64,000 bases of DNA, taken from contig JBKDAM010000148.1 of NCBI GenBank assembly GCA_046316495.1, forward strand, positions 2,704 through 66,703, written 5' to 3'. The first letter of the stretch is position 1, and the number at the start of each line of letters is the position of its first letter. The notes under the pieces were generated by a model, which was given only the letters and a program-made list of their open reading frames with translations, did not search any database and had not been told where the DNA came from. Of the stretch, positions 39,496 through 48,397 are shown one piece after another. A program made the translations under genes and the position numbers. The stretch comes from Chitinophagales bacterium (lineage in GTDB: Bacteria > Bacteroidota > Bacteroidia > Chitinophagales > Saprospiraceae).

Positions 39496-40371
39496 ATGAA
39501 AGAGGCGGTCAAAAACGCAAGGGATTTATTTAACAAAGAAACTCGAGGTCTTTCTATGGAAAAGAAGCGTGTGCTGTTAATCACACAAGAGATTGAGCCC
39601 TACACAGAGGGCTCAGAAATGTCGAAATTAGTTGCCCGGCTCCCCAAATACCTCAGTGAAAACGGATATGAATTGCGCATTTTGATGCCTCGTTATAGTA
39701 GTGTCAACGAGCGTAGGCATCGTTTGCACGAGGTGGTTCGCCTTTCTGGTATGAACATCATTATTGACGATGACGATTATCCACTAATAATTAAGGTTGC
39801 TTCTTTGCCGGGATCTCGCCTGCAAGTTTACTTTTTGGACAACGAAGAGTTTTTTAAGCGTCCTGGCATGTATGGTAATGAGGAGGCTTATGAGGACAAC
39901 GCTGATCGAGCTGCTTTTTTCTGCAAGGGTGCGATAGAGATTGTGAAGAAGTTTGGCTGGGCCCCTGATTTAATTCTTTGTCAAGGTTGGATGACGGGTT
40001 TGGTTCCCTTTTTCTTGAAGACTGCCTACAAGACAGAGCCGTTATTTGCTAACACGGAAACTGTATTTGGCATGTTTTGTTCGGATCATGAACTAATGAC
40101 GGAGCGATTTTTTGCAAAGGCAGCGATAAATAACATTAAGGAGTCTGACTTGGAGCCGTTTCGAACTGCCGATGGAAAAGCCTCCCTTCATCGGGGTGCA
40201 AGTGCGTATGCGGATGGTGTTATTGCTGGCAGCGAAATAGAAGGTATGGACGTTGGATTCTTGTCTAATTTAACTGAAAAGCCAGTTCATGTATGGAAGA
40301 CAGAACAGGAATTCTTAAGTGGTACACTAGCTACCTTGAGGAGGCTTTTAGAGGTTCCGGTAGAGGATTAA
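39496..40371 (+). CDS. Short glycogen/starch-synthase-like protein (GT5 N-terminal-domain type common in Bacteroidota)
   Basis: The segment RVLLITQEIEPYTEGSEMSKLVARLPKYLSENGYELRILMPRYSSVNERRHRLHEVVRLSGMNIIIDDDDYPLIIKVASL closely follows the pattern of these proteins. The start could instead be the ATG at 39556 (MEKKRV). Confidence 0.75.
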   Translation: MKEAVKNARDLFNKETRGLSMEKKRVLLITQEIEPYTEGSEMSKLVARLPKYLSENGYELRILMPRYSSVNERRHRLHEVVRLSGMNIIIDDDDYPLIIKVASLPGSRLQVYFLDNEEFFKRPGMYGNEEAYEDNADRAAFFCKGAIEIVKKFGWAPDLILCQGWMTGLVPFFLKTAYKTEPLFANTETVFGMFCSDHELMTERFFAKAAINNIKESDLEPFRTADGKASLHRGASAYADGVIAGSEIEGMDVGFLSNLTEKPVHVWKTEQEFLSGTLATLRRLLEVPVED

Positions 40372-40482
40372 ACCTGGCATGTTGATTAGCGTTTTATAAA
40401 TTTAAAAGCGAATATTTACATAAAAACCAATCCGGCTATTTGATAGCATATATGCACAGATAGCCGGATTAAGTTACCATCC

Positions 40483-41829
40483 ATGAAGATTACCACAAAG
40501 CAGATCGCCCTCTATTCTGTTGGGCTGACTTTAGCACTTGCTACCTTGTTCAGTTGTAATAAATCCACCACTTTCGGTGCGGATTTGCTGGAGGACCAGA
40601 TTGCGGATTTTGATATTCAAGAACTAGAAGTCAATTGCTCTTTGGAAACCATTGATAAGGTGACAACAGCGGATTTGAATTCTCAATTTGATTATTTCCC
40701 GTGTGGACGGATAAAAGATGCAGATTTTGGGAGTACTACTGCTGAAATATTTTCTCAGATTACCCTGAGTGGGGGTAGTTTTGATTTTGAGAATGCGCGC
40801 TTTGATTCTGCTTTTTTGATTTTGCCGTACGATGCGAACGGTTTTTACGGGGACACACTTATTCCTCAAAATTTGCGCGTATATCAGCTAGCGGATACGA
40901 TTGCCAATTCCAAGCGTTATCTAGCAACGGATAGTATTTTGGTAGGTGATGAGATTGCTGCGGTTAATCAGTTTTTACCTAGGCCTCGAACCCCAGAAAA
41001 AATACTGGATACTGCAGCTACTGCGATTAAAGCTCCACACCTTAAGGTGCCGCTAAGCAATGCTTTTGGTGCGTTTCTCCTGAGTGTTGACAGTACGACT
41101 ATGACCAATGATTTCGCTTTCTGGCGTCTTAGTAAAGGTATTAAGCTGGTGGTGACGCCTACCTCTGACCCAGGAGCGTTGGTTGCTTTTGATTTAAACT
41201 CCAGTAACTGCTTTATTCGGATGTATTATACTGTTGACGATACAGTTTCTCGTACGTATCGGTATAATTTAAAAGGCTCTTCTACTGCTACCTCGAATAA
41301 ATTTTTGAAATTTACCCATGATTACACCGGATCCAGTGCACAAGCGAACCTTGGTGTAGTAAATCCAGAGCGGATGTATATGCAAGGCTTAGCAGGTATC
41401 CGAATGAAAGTTGAGTTCCCTACAGCTGCTGCCTTAGAGGGTATCGTAGTGAATAAGGCAGAACTGGAATTAACTGCTCTTTCTGATCCGTTCTTTCCAG
41501 TGGCAGGGCAGTTGTTGGCGTTTGATAAAACATCAGATACTACCTACTTAGAGACAGCTGATGTTACGTATGCCTATACGGTTTCTAATGGTGCTTATAC
41601 CCTTTTTGGAGGTAAGCCGCAGTTGGCTGAAGGAGGAGTTAAAAAGTATCAGTTGACCTTGACAAAACAGTTTCAAGATTTTGTAGATGCTACGGACAAC
41701 GATCCTAAAAAACGGACGATTTACCTGAGCATTGCTCCACAGGTGTTGACTGCTGGTCGTACTGTCTTTTTTGGGGTAAATGATCCAACCTATCCTGTGA
41801 AACTTCGCCTAAAGTATACCAAACTATAG
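40483..41829 (+). CDS. DUF4270-like lipoprotein
   Basis: 448 aa with a lipoprotein-type N-terminus (LALATLFSCNKS). It sits between the glycogen-synthase-like gene and glmS. That is the conserved Bacteroidota position of DUF4270 genes. Confidence 0.55.
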   Translation: MKITTKQIALYSVGLTLALATLFSCNKSTTFGADLLEDQIADFDIQELEVNCSLETIDKVTTADLNSQFDYFPCGRIKDADFGSTTAEIFSQITLSGGSFDFENARFDSAFLILPYDANGFYGDTLIPQNLRVYQLADTIANSKRYLATDSILVGDEIAAVNQFLPRPRTPEKILDTAATAIKAPHLKVPLSNAFGAFLLSVDSTTMTNDFAFWRLSKGIKLVVTPTSDPGALVAFDLNSSNCFIRMYYTVDDTVSRTYRYNLKGSSTATSNKFLKFTHDYTGSSAQANLGVVNPERMYMQGLAGIRMKVEFPTAAALEGIVVNKAELELTALSDPFFPVAGQLLAFDKTSDTTYLETADVTYAYTVSNGAYTLFGGKPQLAEGGVKKYQLTLTKQFQDFVDATDNDPKKRTIYLSIAPQVLTAGRTVFFGVNDPTYPVKLRLKYTKL

Positions 41830-41977
41830 TCTTCATACGCCTTTTATCTATTCCGGTTATCACTAATAAACTTGATACTAAGAGGGTAATTGTACCTGGT
41901 TTTAGATTAAACCTTTATACTTATCCTAAATTGTATTTTAATCAATTGATTTACAACCCTTAATTTAGAATATCTTT

Positions 41978-43819
41978 ATGTGTGGAATTGTTGCTTATAT
42001 TGGAAAAAAGCAGGCCTACCCTATCCTTATTAAAGGTTTGCAACGACTAGAGTACAGGGGCTATGACTCAGCTGGTATCGCTCTTTCTAATGGTCATTTA
42101 AACATTTATAAAAAGAAAGGTAAAGTTGCAGACTTAGAGGCTTATGTCAAGGATAAAGACGTTCACGGTCATGTTGGTATTGGCCATACCCGTTGGGCTA
42201 CCCATGGAAAACCGGATGATTTGAATGCGCATCCTCATACTGGGTCTAATGGCCGGATTGTGTTGATTCATAACGGTATAATCGAGAACTACGCGGTCAT
42301 TAAGAGTGCTCTTGCAAAGTTAGGTCATACGTTCTCCAGTGAGACGGATACGGAAGTACTTGCACATTTGATTGAGGAGGTGCAGCGTCGGGAAAACCTT
42401 CCAGTAGAGGAGGCTGTCCGGCAAGCACTAACACAAGCACATGGTGCGTATGCAATTGTTGTAATGGACCGGGAGGACCCAGGTAAATTGGTGGCAGCGA
42501 GGAAGTCGAGCCCACTCTTACTAGGGATAGGTAAAGATGAATTTTTAGTAGCATCAGATGCAACACCTATTGTTGAATACACGAAGAAAGTGGTGTATTT
42601 GAATGATGAGGAGATTGCCACGATTACATTGGATGGGCAAATGACGGTAAAGACTCTTCGGAATGAAGAGACGACACCGACTATCCACCAGATCGAATTA
42701 GAGATAGAGCAGATAGAAAAAGGGGGGTATGCTCATTTTATGTTGAAGGAAATATTCGAGCAGCCTACAACGATTGCAGAGTGTATGCGGGGTCGAATGA
42801 ACGCTGATGAGGGCTGGATGCGCTTGGGGGGTATGAGTGAATACAAAATGCGCATGATAAATGCAGATCGATTCATAATACTCGGTTGTGGAACATCTTG
42901 GCATGCGGGGATGATTGCAGAGTATTTGTTTGAGGAATTGGCTCGTCTACCTGTAGAAGTAGAGTATGCCTCTGAATTCAGGTACCGCCATCCAGTTGTC
43001 CGCGAACGGGATGTTGTTTTAGCGATTTCTCAATCGGGCGAAACAGCCGATACCTTTGCGGCGTTAGAGCTCGCTAAAGAGGCTGGAGCACTTACGTACG
43101 GTATTGTAAATGTAGTTGGCTCTTCTATTGCCCGTTTAACCCATAGTGGTTCCTATATTCACGTTGGGCCTGAGATTGGGGTGGCGTCCACAAAAGCGTT
43201 CACCGGTCAAGTGACCATGTTAACCATGATGGCGCTAGTATTAGGGTATGAGCGTGGCTATCTGCCTAAGTCTCAATACCAGAAACTAGTTCAAGAGCTT
43301 GCTCAAATCCCATCAAAAATTGACCAACTGCTGAACTCTTGTCAGGAAAAGGTAGCCTACATCGCCGGTGAATTTAAGGACGCATCGAATGCGCTGTATC
43401 TGGGTCGTGGCTATAATTTCCCAGTTGCACTAGAGGGGGCGTTAAAATTGAAGGAGATATCCTATATTCATGCGGAGGGTTATCCAGCTGCTGAGATGAA
43501 GCACGGTCCTATTGCCTTGATAGATGAAAACATGCCCGTGTTTGTAATCGCTACCAACCTCAGCGCTTATGATAAAATTGTTTCCAATATTCAGGAGGTA
43601 AAAGCTCGTAAGGGAGTAGTAATTGCTTTGGTAACGGAGGGTGATGAAGTTATCAAAAGGATTGCGGACCACACCATTGAGATTCCTGCTACAGAAGAGC
43701 CGTTTACCCCACTTTTGTCGGTGATACCATTGCAGTTGCTGGCTTACCATATTGCGTTGCTTCGTGGGTGTAATGTAGACCAGCCTAGGAATTTGGCTAA
43801 GTCTGTTACCGTCGAGTAG
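41978..43819 (+). CDS. glmS: Glutamine--fructose-6-phosphate aminotransferase (isomerising)
   Basis: 613 aa. It has the MCGIVAYIG Ntn-Cys start, two SIS domains (GCGTSWHAG, SQSGETADT) and a C-terminal NLAKSVTVE. Confidence 0.95.
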   Translation: MCGIVAYIGKKQAYPILIKGLQRLEYRGYDSAGIALSNGHLNIYKKKGKVADLEAYVKDKDVHGHVGIGHTRWATHGKPDDLNAHPHTGSNGRIVLIHNGIIENYAVIKSALAKLGHTFSSETDTEVLAHLIEEVQRRENLPVEEAVRQALTQAHGAYAIVVMDREDPGKLVAARKSSPLLLGIGKDEFLVASDATPIVEYTKKVVYLNDEEIATITLDGQMTVKTLRNEETTPTIHQIELEIEQIEKGGYAHFMLKEIFEQPTTIAECMRGRMNADEGWMRLGGMSEYKMRMINADRFIILGCGTSWHAGMIAEYLFEELARLPVEVEYASEFRYRHPVVRERDVVLAISQSGETADTFAALELAKEAGALTYGIVNVVGSSIARLTHSGSYIHVGPEIGVASTKAFTGQVTMLTMMALVLGYERGYLPKSQYQKLVQELAQIPSKIDQLLNSCQEKVAYIAGEFKDASNALYLGRGYNFPVALEGALKLKEISYIHAEGYPAAEMKHGPIALIDENMPVFVIATNLSAYDKIVSNIQEVKARKGVVIALVTEGDEVIKRIADHTIEIPATEEPFTPLLSVIPLQLLAYHIALLRGCNVDQPRNLAKSVTVE

Positions 43820-43865
43820 TGCTGAACGTACAGTGTATTATTTTATGCGCTCAGCGTAAATCTAT

Positions 43866-44003
43866 AATACTGGTGAATTAGCCCAAAGTTGACGTTGGTG
43901 TTTTGTCCTAGTTGTATTACTTTCTGTATCTAAGTATATGGAAATGTTTTGGCTAAAGCGGACAAAGCTTGATCCACGCACCTGGAGGTAATTCACCAGT
44001 ATT
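43866..44003. repeat. 15-bp perfect inverted repeat enclosing 108 nt, followed by a T7 run
   Basis: AATACTGGTGAATTA (43866-43880) pairs with TAATTCACCAGTATT (43989-44003). A nested 7-bp pair, TTTGTCC (43902-43908) with GGACAAA (43960-43966), lies inside. TTTTTTT follows the right arm. The element sits in the convergent spacer between glmS and the dsrE-like gene. Confidence 0.6.
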
Positions 44004-44080
44004 TTTTTGCCCGTCTATATCCTTGTTTTTTAGGCTGTGGACAGTCAATGGTGGTCTTAATCAGATTTAATGTCGACATC

Positions 44081-44434
44081 TTAGAATGTCAGTATACGAT
44101 CACTTTGAATAATTAGATGGGTCAATTCAGCCATTGTACTGATTTCTGCTTTTTCCACCAAAGTCGTTGATTTAAGTCCGCGGGCTTCTAGGCAGCTTCC
44201 ACAAGTGAGCAACTTTGCTCCTTTGCTAGTAGAAAGCTTCAACATGCGTTCAATATTGTAGAATCCATTTGGTGTATTTTGGTTAGCAATGGCGCAGTTG
44301 ACACCATCAGCCATTAAAAAAATAGAAAGTTGCGTGTTGGGGTGATCTTTTGTGATTTGATTGGCGATACGTAAGGCGTTGTAGGCCTTTTCGGTGCCAT
44401 AAGGGGCATCATTAATTATGATTAGAATATTCAT
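44081..44434 (-). CDS. DsrE/DsrF-like sulfur-relay family protein
   Basis: The ATG at 44434 gives MNILIIINDAPYGTEKAYNALRIA... and the protein contains LLTCGSCLEARG. Size (117 aa) and pattern fit the DsrE-like fold. The ORF track extends to 44476. Confidence 0.65.
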   Translation of the reverse strand: MNILIIINDAPYGTEKAYNALRIANQITKDHPNTQLSIFLMADGVNCAIANQNTPNGFYNIERMLKLSTSKGAKLLTCGSCLEARGLKSTTLVEKAEISTMAELTHLIIQSDRILTF

Positions 44435-44619
44435 AAGAAGTATGACAGGTGAATAAATAGTATCCATCATTGGCAAAATAGTCGCCTGCTCAAGTTAAGG
44501 ATTTTTCCAGTAAACAGATACTTTAATGTTAACTTTGCCGCATTGCGAATTTACATGAGCCAACAGCTTGTTGGGTATTACTTTCTATTATACAAAAACC
44601 AATTTATGATTTTTAAGTA

Positions 44620-45291
44620 ATGTGTACCGTAAGTATTGTGCCGATTGTTGGTGGGCTTGTTTTGACTTCAAGCCGTGATGAGCAGAAAGCGCGCCCGACG
44701 CTCGCACCTCAATATTATGAGCAAGGTGCAAGGCGGCTTTGGTATCCGAAAGATCAGCAGGCAGGTGGTACTTGGCTGGCTTTGGAGGAAGGAACAGGGA
44801 AGGCTGCCTGTTTACTTAACGGAGCTTTTGAGGCGCATGTTCGAGAGGCAAGCTACCGTAAAAGTAGAGGTCAGCTACTATTGGAGTATTTTGATTTTGA
44901 GGGTCCCTGGCACTTTCAAGAGCAAGTTGATCTTAGCCATATTGAGCCTTTTACACTTCTCATGTTGAATTTTCATGCTAATAAACTAGCAGAATTGCGT
45001 TGGGATGGTACTCATAAGCACTATTCGGAAGTTGATACCACTCGTCCAAGGATTTGGTCATCAGCTACTCTTTATACGGCATTAGAACGAGAAGCGCGTG
45101 AGCGATGGTTTGATGAGTGGCTAGAGAAAAATGATTGGGAACGGATTATAGAGTTTCACCTAGGAAAGTCGGGCGAAGATCCTGCTTTTGATATTCGTAT
45201 GCTCCGACCGGGAGGGCTTCAGACAGTGAGCATCTCACAAGTTTGTTTTCGAGGCATGAACGTGAAGCTTTTTTACCAAGATTTGCTCTAA
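44620..45291 (+). CDS. NRDE-family (TANGO2-like) protein
   Basis: 223 aa. It has an MCT start (Ntn-type Cys2) and SSRDE at residues 17-21, in the position of the family-naming NRDE motif. Confidence 0.65.
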   Translation: MCTVSIVPIVGGLVLTSSRDEQKARPTLAPQYYEQGARRLWYPKDQQAGGTWLALEEGTGKAACLLNGAFEAHVREASYRKSRGQLLLEYFDFEGPWHFQEQVDLSHIEPFTLLMLNFHANKLAELRWDGTHKHYSEVDTTRPRIWSSATLYTALEREARERWFDEWLEKNDWERIIEFHLGKSGEDPAFDIRMLRPGGLQTVSISQVCFRGMNVKLFYQDLL

Positions 45292-45355
45292 ATGCAGTTT
45301 ATTTGTATTCATTTCACCAATAAAAAATATTTTATCACCATCACCGTAAATATAA

Positions 45356-45799
45356 ATGAAGATTCTTCATCTGATTATTACCTTTTATTTTCTTACATCT
45401 ATTTCCGTTTTTGCTCAAACTGAACAGGTATCAGGTGTTCGTTTCTTGGAGGTTGATTGGGCTTCGGCCTTGTCCAAGGCGAAGCAGGAGAATAAGCTTA
45501 TCTTTTTAGATATTTATGCTTCGTGGTGTGGCCCATGCAAAAAATTGAAGCGAACCACTTTCGCTAATGAGAAATTGGGCACCTTTTTTAATGAACATTT
45601 CATTTGTGTCGCTGTAGACGGGGAGAAAGGCGAAGGCCCGAAGCTGGCAAGGCATTATTCTGTTCGAGGCTACCCAACCCTATTGTTCATAGATGGTTTG
45701 GGAAATGTTGTTCATCAGGAGGTTGGTTACATAAGGGCGAAGCACTTACACCGAATAGGAGATAATGTGTTTAGCAAGCACGTGAATCGGAAAAAGTAA
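45356..45799 (+). CDS. Exported thioredoxin-fold protein
   Basis: 147 aa with signal peptide MKILHLIITFYFLTSISVFAQ, an ASWCGPCK active site and a downstream GYPT cis-Pro loop. Confidence 0.75.
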   Translation: MKILHLIITFYFLTSISVFAQTEQVSGVRFLEVDWASALSKAKQENKLIFLDIYASWCGPCKKLKRTTFANEKLGTFFNEHFICVAVDGEKGEGPKLARHYSVRGYPTLLFIDGLGNVVHQEVGYIRAKHLHRIGDNVFSKHVNRKK

Positions 45800-45842
45800 C
45801 AAAGCATTCGGGCTTACTTTCCTTTAATAATTATGAAAATCA

Positions 45843-46499
45843 ATGAATTATAAATCTGATCGCTTTTCTCGATCATTTACAGGAATAGGTCTGGCTTTGG
45901 CATGGCCTGACACGTATTGTAAGCAAGCGGGTGCTTGGTATGATTTTCTGATGAATAAGGTGGGTGTTGCAAGAAACAACTATTACAAGGTTGGTCACGC
46001 TGCACTTGTATTAATAAATAAGTCGGACGGTCTTTGCTACTACTATGACTTTGGTAGATACCATTCCCCATTTGGTTATGGCCGTGTTAGGAGTGCTTAT
46101 ACAGATCACGATTTGACAATACCGATTCAGGCGCAGTTTGATGAGGGGGGAAATCTTAGTAATTTAGAGGATATAATGCTATTTTTAGCAGGGAATCCAT
46201 CTTGTCATGGAACGGGAGCCGTTCATGCTGGCTGGTGCGAGCTTGATTTTGAGCGAGCAAGTGCTGTGGCAATTGCCCTTCAGAGGAGAAGCCCGATTAT
46301 TTATGGGCCTTTTGTTTGGGGAGGGACGAACTGTTCTCGTTTTGTTCGAACCGTTTTGTTAGCAGGTCAACCGAATTTGCTAAGGTATTTTCGATTGTTA
46401 ATCCCGGATACAATCAGTCCAACTCCTTTGGCCAATGTTCGAGCTGTTGGAAAGGTTGGGAGCTGGGTTTCTAAATTAGTATGGACGTATGCTAGCTAA
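45843..46499 (+). CDS. Hypothetical protein, possible permuted papain-fold (NlpC/P60, YiiX/LRAT-like) enzyme
   Basis: 218 aa. It has KVGHAALVLI (His52), then GRYH (His74), then GGTNCSRFVRTV (Cys164). The His-before-Cys order and the CSxFV context resemble permuted NlpC/P60 members. This rests on motifs only. Confidence 0.45.
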   Translation: MNYKSDRFSRSFTGIGLALAWPDTYCKQAGAWYDFLMNKVGVARNNYYKVGHAALVLINKSDGLCYYYDFGRYHSPFGYGRVRSAYTDHDLTIPIQAQFDEGGNLSNLEDIMLFLAGNPSCHGTGAVHAGWCELDFERASAVAIALQRRSPIIYGPFVWGGTNCSRFVRTVLLAGQPNLLRYFRLLIPDTISPTPLANVRAVGKVGSWVSKLVWTYAS

Positions 46500-46797
46500 G
46501 GGATATCTTCAGTCTACGCTTCCTGCTCCAGTTATGCCTGAAAATTTGCCCAGTCATGCCCAATGGTTGTCGGGAGAAGGTGCAGGCTCCTGGTTTGTAA
46601 TTCAATTGGAGGGTGCTGGCTCCTATGAAGTAGCTCGATTTGACCCAGAAGGAAGGTTAGAGTGTAAAGGGGTATTTAAGGTGCGGAACGCCTCTTTTTT
46701 TGATATTGAGAGGCCGTTTCAGGTAACCTATCTTTCGCACTGCCAACAGGTGACGTTGTTACAAGCGGGAGTAGTTGTTGTTTTGGATCGCATGTAG
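46489..46797 (+). CDS. Small hypothetical protein (102 aa; 87 aa if it starts at ATG 46534)
   Basis: The ATG at 46489 overlaps the upstream stop (46497-46499) by 11 nt. The sequence is beta-rich with no recognised motif. Confidence 0.45.
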   Translation: MLAKGYLQSTLPAPVMPENLPSHAQWLSGEGAGSWFVIQLEGAGSYEVARFDPEGRLECKGVFKVRNASFFDIERPFQVTYLSHCQQVTLLQAGVVVVLDRM

Positions 46798-46835
46798 GAA
46801 TTTTATTAAGTTAACAGAATAATAGCTTTCAAAAA

Positions 46836-47345
46836 ATGGTGATAACACATTGTAAAAATGATCTTTATGCGCTTCGTAACCTAGTATCGAGGTTAACCCA
46901 AGAGCAATATGTATATGTTTCTAATTGTTTAGAGGGGGGCTCTTTGGGTCAACATTTACGCCATGTTTTAGAGTTTTACACTTGTTTATTGAAGGGTCGA
47001 GAGCAGGGAAAGATAAATTATGATACGCGGCAGCGCGATTTGCGCATTTCGAATGATCACTCATTTGCGCTCCAGCGAATGGACGAAATTATTGATCTAT
47101 TAGGTGAGGGGGCGGCAGATTGCCCCTTACTTTTGGAGGGGCAATTTGGGTTAGAAGAGACTTCACAAATGGCTACGCCGACTAGTTTCCAGCGAGAGTT
47201 GATCTATTGTCTAGAGCACAGTATCCACCATCAGGCCCTTATGAGGGTGGTTCTAAAAGAGATGGATCTGGTTCATCTGGCAGATAAACATTTTGGCGTT
47301 GCATCTTCCACGGTACGTTTTCGTCAGGGTTCTTCGGGTGAGTAA
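46836..47345 (+). CDS. DinB-family (four-helix bundle, metal-binding) protein
   Basis: 169 aa with His pairs LGQHLRHVLEF and LEHSIHHQAL, spaced as in DinB/YfiT-like proteins. Confidence 0.6.
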   Translation: MVITHCKNDLYALRNLVSRLTQEQYVYVSNCLEGGSLGQHLRHVLEFYTCLLKGREQGKINYDTRQRDLRISNDHSFALQRMDEIIDLLGEGAADCPLLLEGQFGLEETSQMATPTSFQRELIYCLEHSIHHQALMRVVLKEMDLVHLADKHFGVASSTVRFRQGSSGE

Positions 47346-47610
47346 TTTTGTAAGTGATTGGAGAATTACGAGCTTTTTAGCCGATTTATGCTAAAAATCA
47401 GGTTCTTTTAATAATTTTCTTGTTTAAGGGATCTAAACTGCCTTACTTTGCTGAGCGTATAGAGTTTTTTGAGTAATTGGAGGGCTGTTTTCTACAAGGG
47501 GTCCTCACGAAGGAAGAAGTACGTTACAAAGAAAGAATATTGATAGAGAAAGAGCATTTATTCTCCTTGTGGCACAATTATTTGGTTAATAGACAAACAT
47601 AGTATTAGCA

Positions 47611-48108
47611 ATGATGAGATTAGAGTACATACCAAGGGTTGGATTTGTTTTTGAAGGGAAGGAGGTGCGTTGGAGGTCCAGTCGTAGCGTGGTGCGGGGG
47701 AATCTAGGTGGGATATTTGAAGAGGAGGACCGCATGGTTGATCTCTCGGAATATTTTGAGGATGGTGAAAATCATACCATTGAGCAGCGCCGAGATTTGT
47801 ACCACGATGAAGAAGATTCCTATTGTTTTTATTTAAACTACGATGAAGAGGATCTTTTAACGGAGTTAGAGGTGCATTCTGGACTTGCCATCTTAGTAAA
47901 CGGACACGAAATGGAATTTGACTCTGATATTTACCGTATTTTAGAGTCAATGAACGATTCAGGAAACCGGGGTATTGAGTTGGAAGAGGGTAACTATTTA
48001 TTCCAGGATTTAAAGATGACGATTGCAAGCTCAGCGGCTACGGGTGGCGATGGAAACGGACTTGCTTATTTTTATGGGGCGGAGAATGTGGAGCATCTGT
48101 TGGGCTGA
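47611..48108 (+). CDS. Acidic hypothetical protein (165 aa)
   Basis: I prefer this ORF to the overlapping antisense ORF 47558..48028. Its composition is globular and D/E-rich (EEEDRMVDLSEYFEDGENH, YDEEDLLTELEVH), whereas the antisense ORF is Pro/Arg/Leu/Ser-rich. Confidence 0.5.
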   Translation: MMRLEYIPRVGFVFEGKEVRWRSSRSVVRGNLGGIFEEEDRMVDLSEYFEDGENHTIEQRRDLYHDEEDSYCFYLNYDEEDLLTELEVHSGLAILVNGHEMEFDSDIYRILESMNDSGNRGIELEEGNYLFQDLKMTIASSAATGGDGNGLAYFYGAENVEHLLG

Positions 48109-48397
48109 CTTTAGAGAGTGGGTGTTTTTTATTGTTTTTAAAAGGTTGTCAATTGTATATGTATATGTTGTTTATCTAGGCTGATAAAACAAATTGGTGG
48201 TTCCTGATAAAAACCATATATAACTGTAATATCAAAAAGAAGCTGAAAAGAGTTATGAATGGCGGCTGTACTTCCTACATCGGTAAAATGCCGTGAATAG
48301 ATTAATTGATCTGCGGTTGGAGACTAATTAGCAGACGATTTTGAATAAGATCCTTACTATTGTGACTCCCCAAGAAGAACGCTAGTTGATTTGAGCC

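Noticed and set aside
41830-41977. Possible glmS ribozyme or riboswitch in the glmS leader
   Set aside because: The 148-nt A/T-rich leader shows no pseudoknotted core or conserved GlcN6P-ribozyme segments that I can recognise. That ribozyme is characteristic of Firmicutes and relatives rather than Bacteroidota.
43866-44003. Interpretation of the 15-bp inverted repeat element as a MITE
   Set aside because: No target-site duplication flanks the arms (flanks are ...tctat / tttttt...). No second copy occurs in this 64-kb window and no transposase is nearby. I kept it as a structural repeat or possible RNA, and the MITE idea needs a genome-wide copy search.
47558-48028. 156-aa minus-strand ORF
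   Set aside because: It overlaps the 165-aa plus-strand ORF almost completely. Its Pro/Leu/Arg/Ser/Asn-rich, low-complexity sequence looks like the shadow of a D/E-rich coding frame. I kept the plus ORF, with moderate confidence only.
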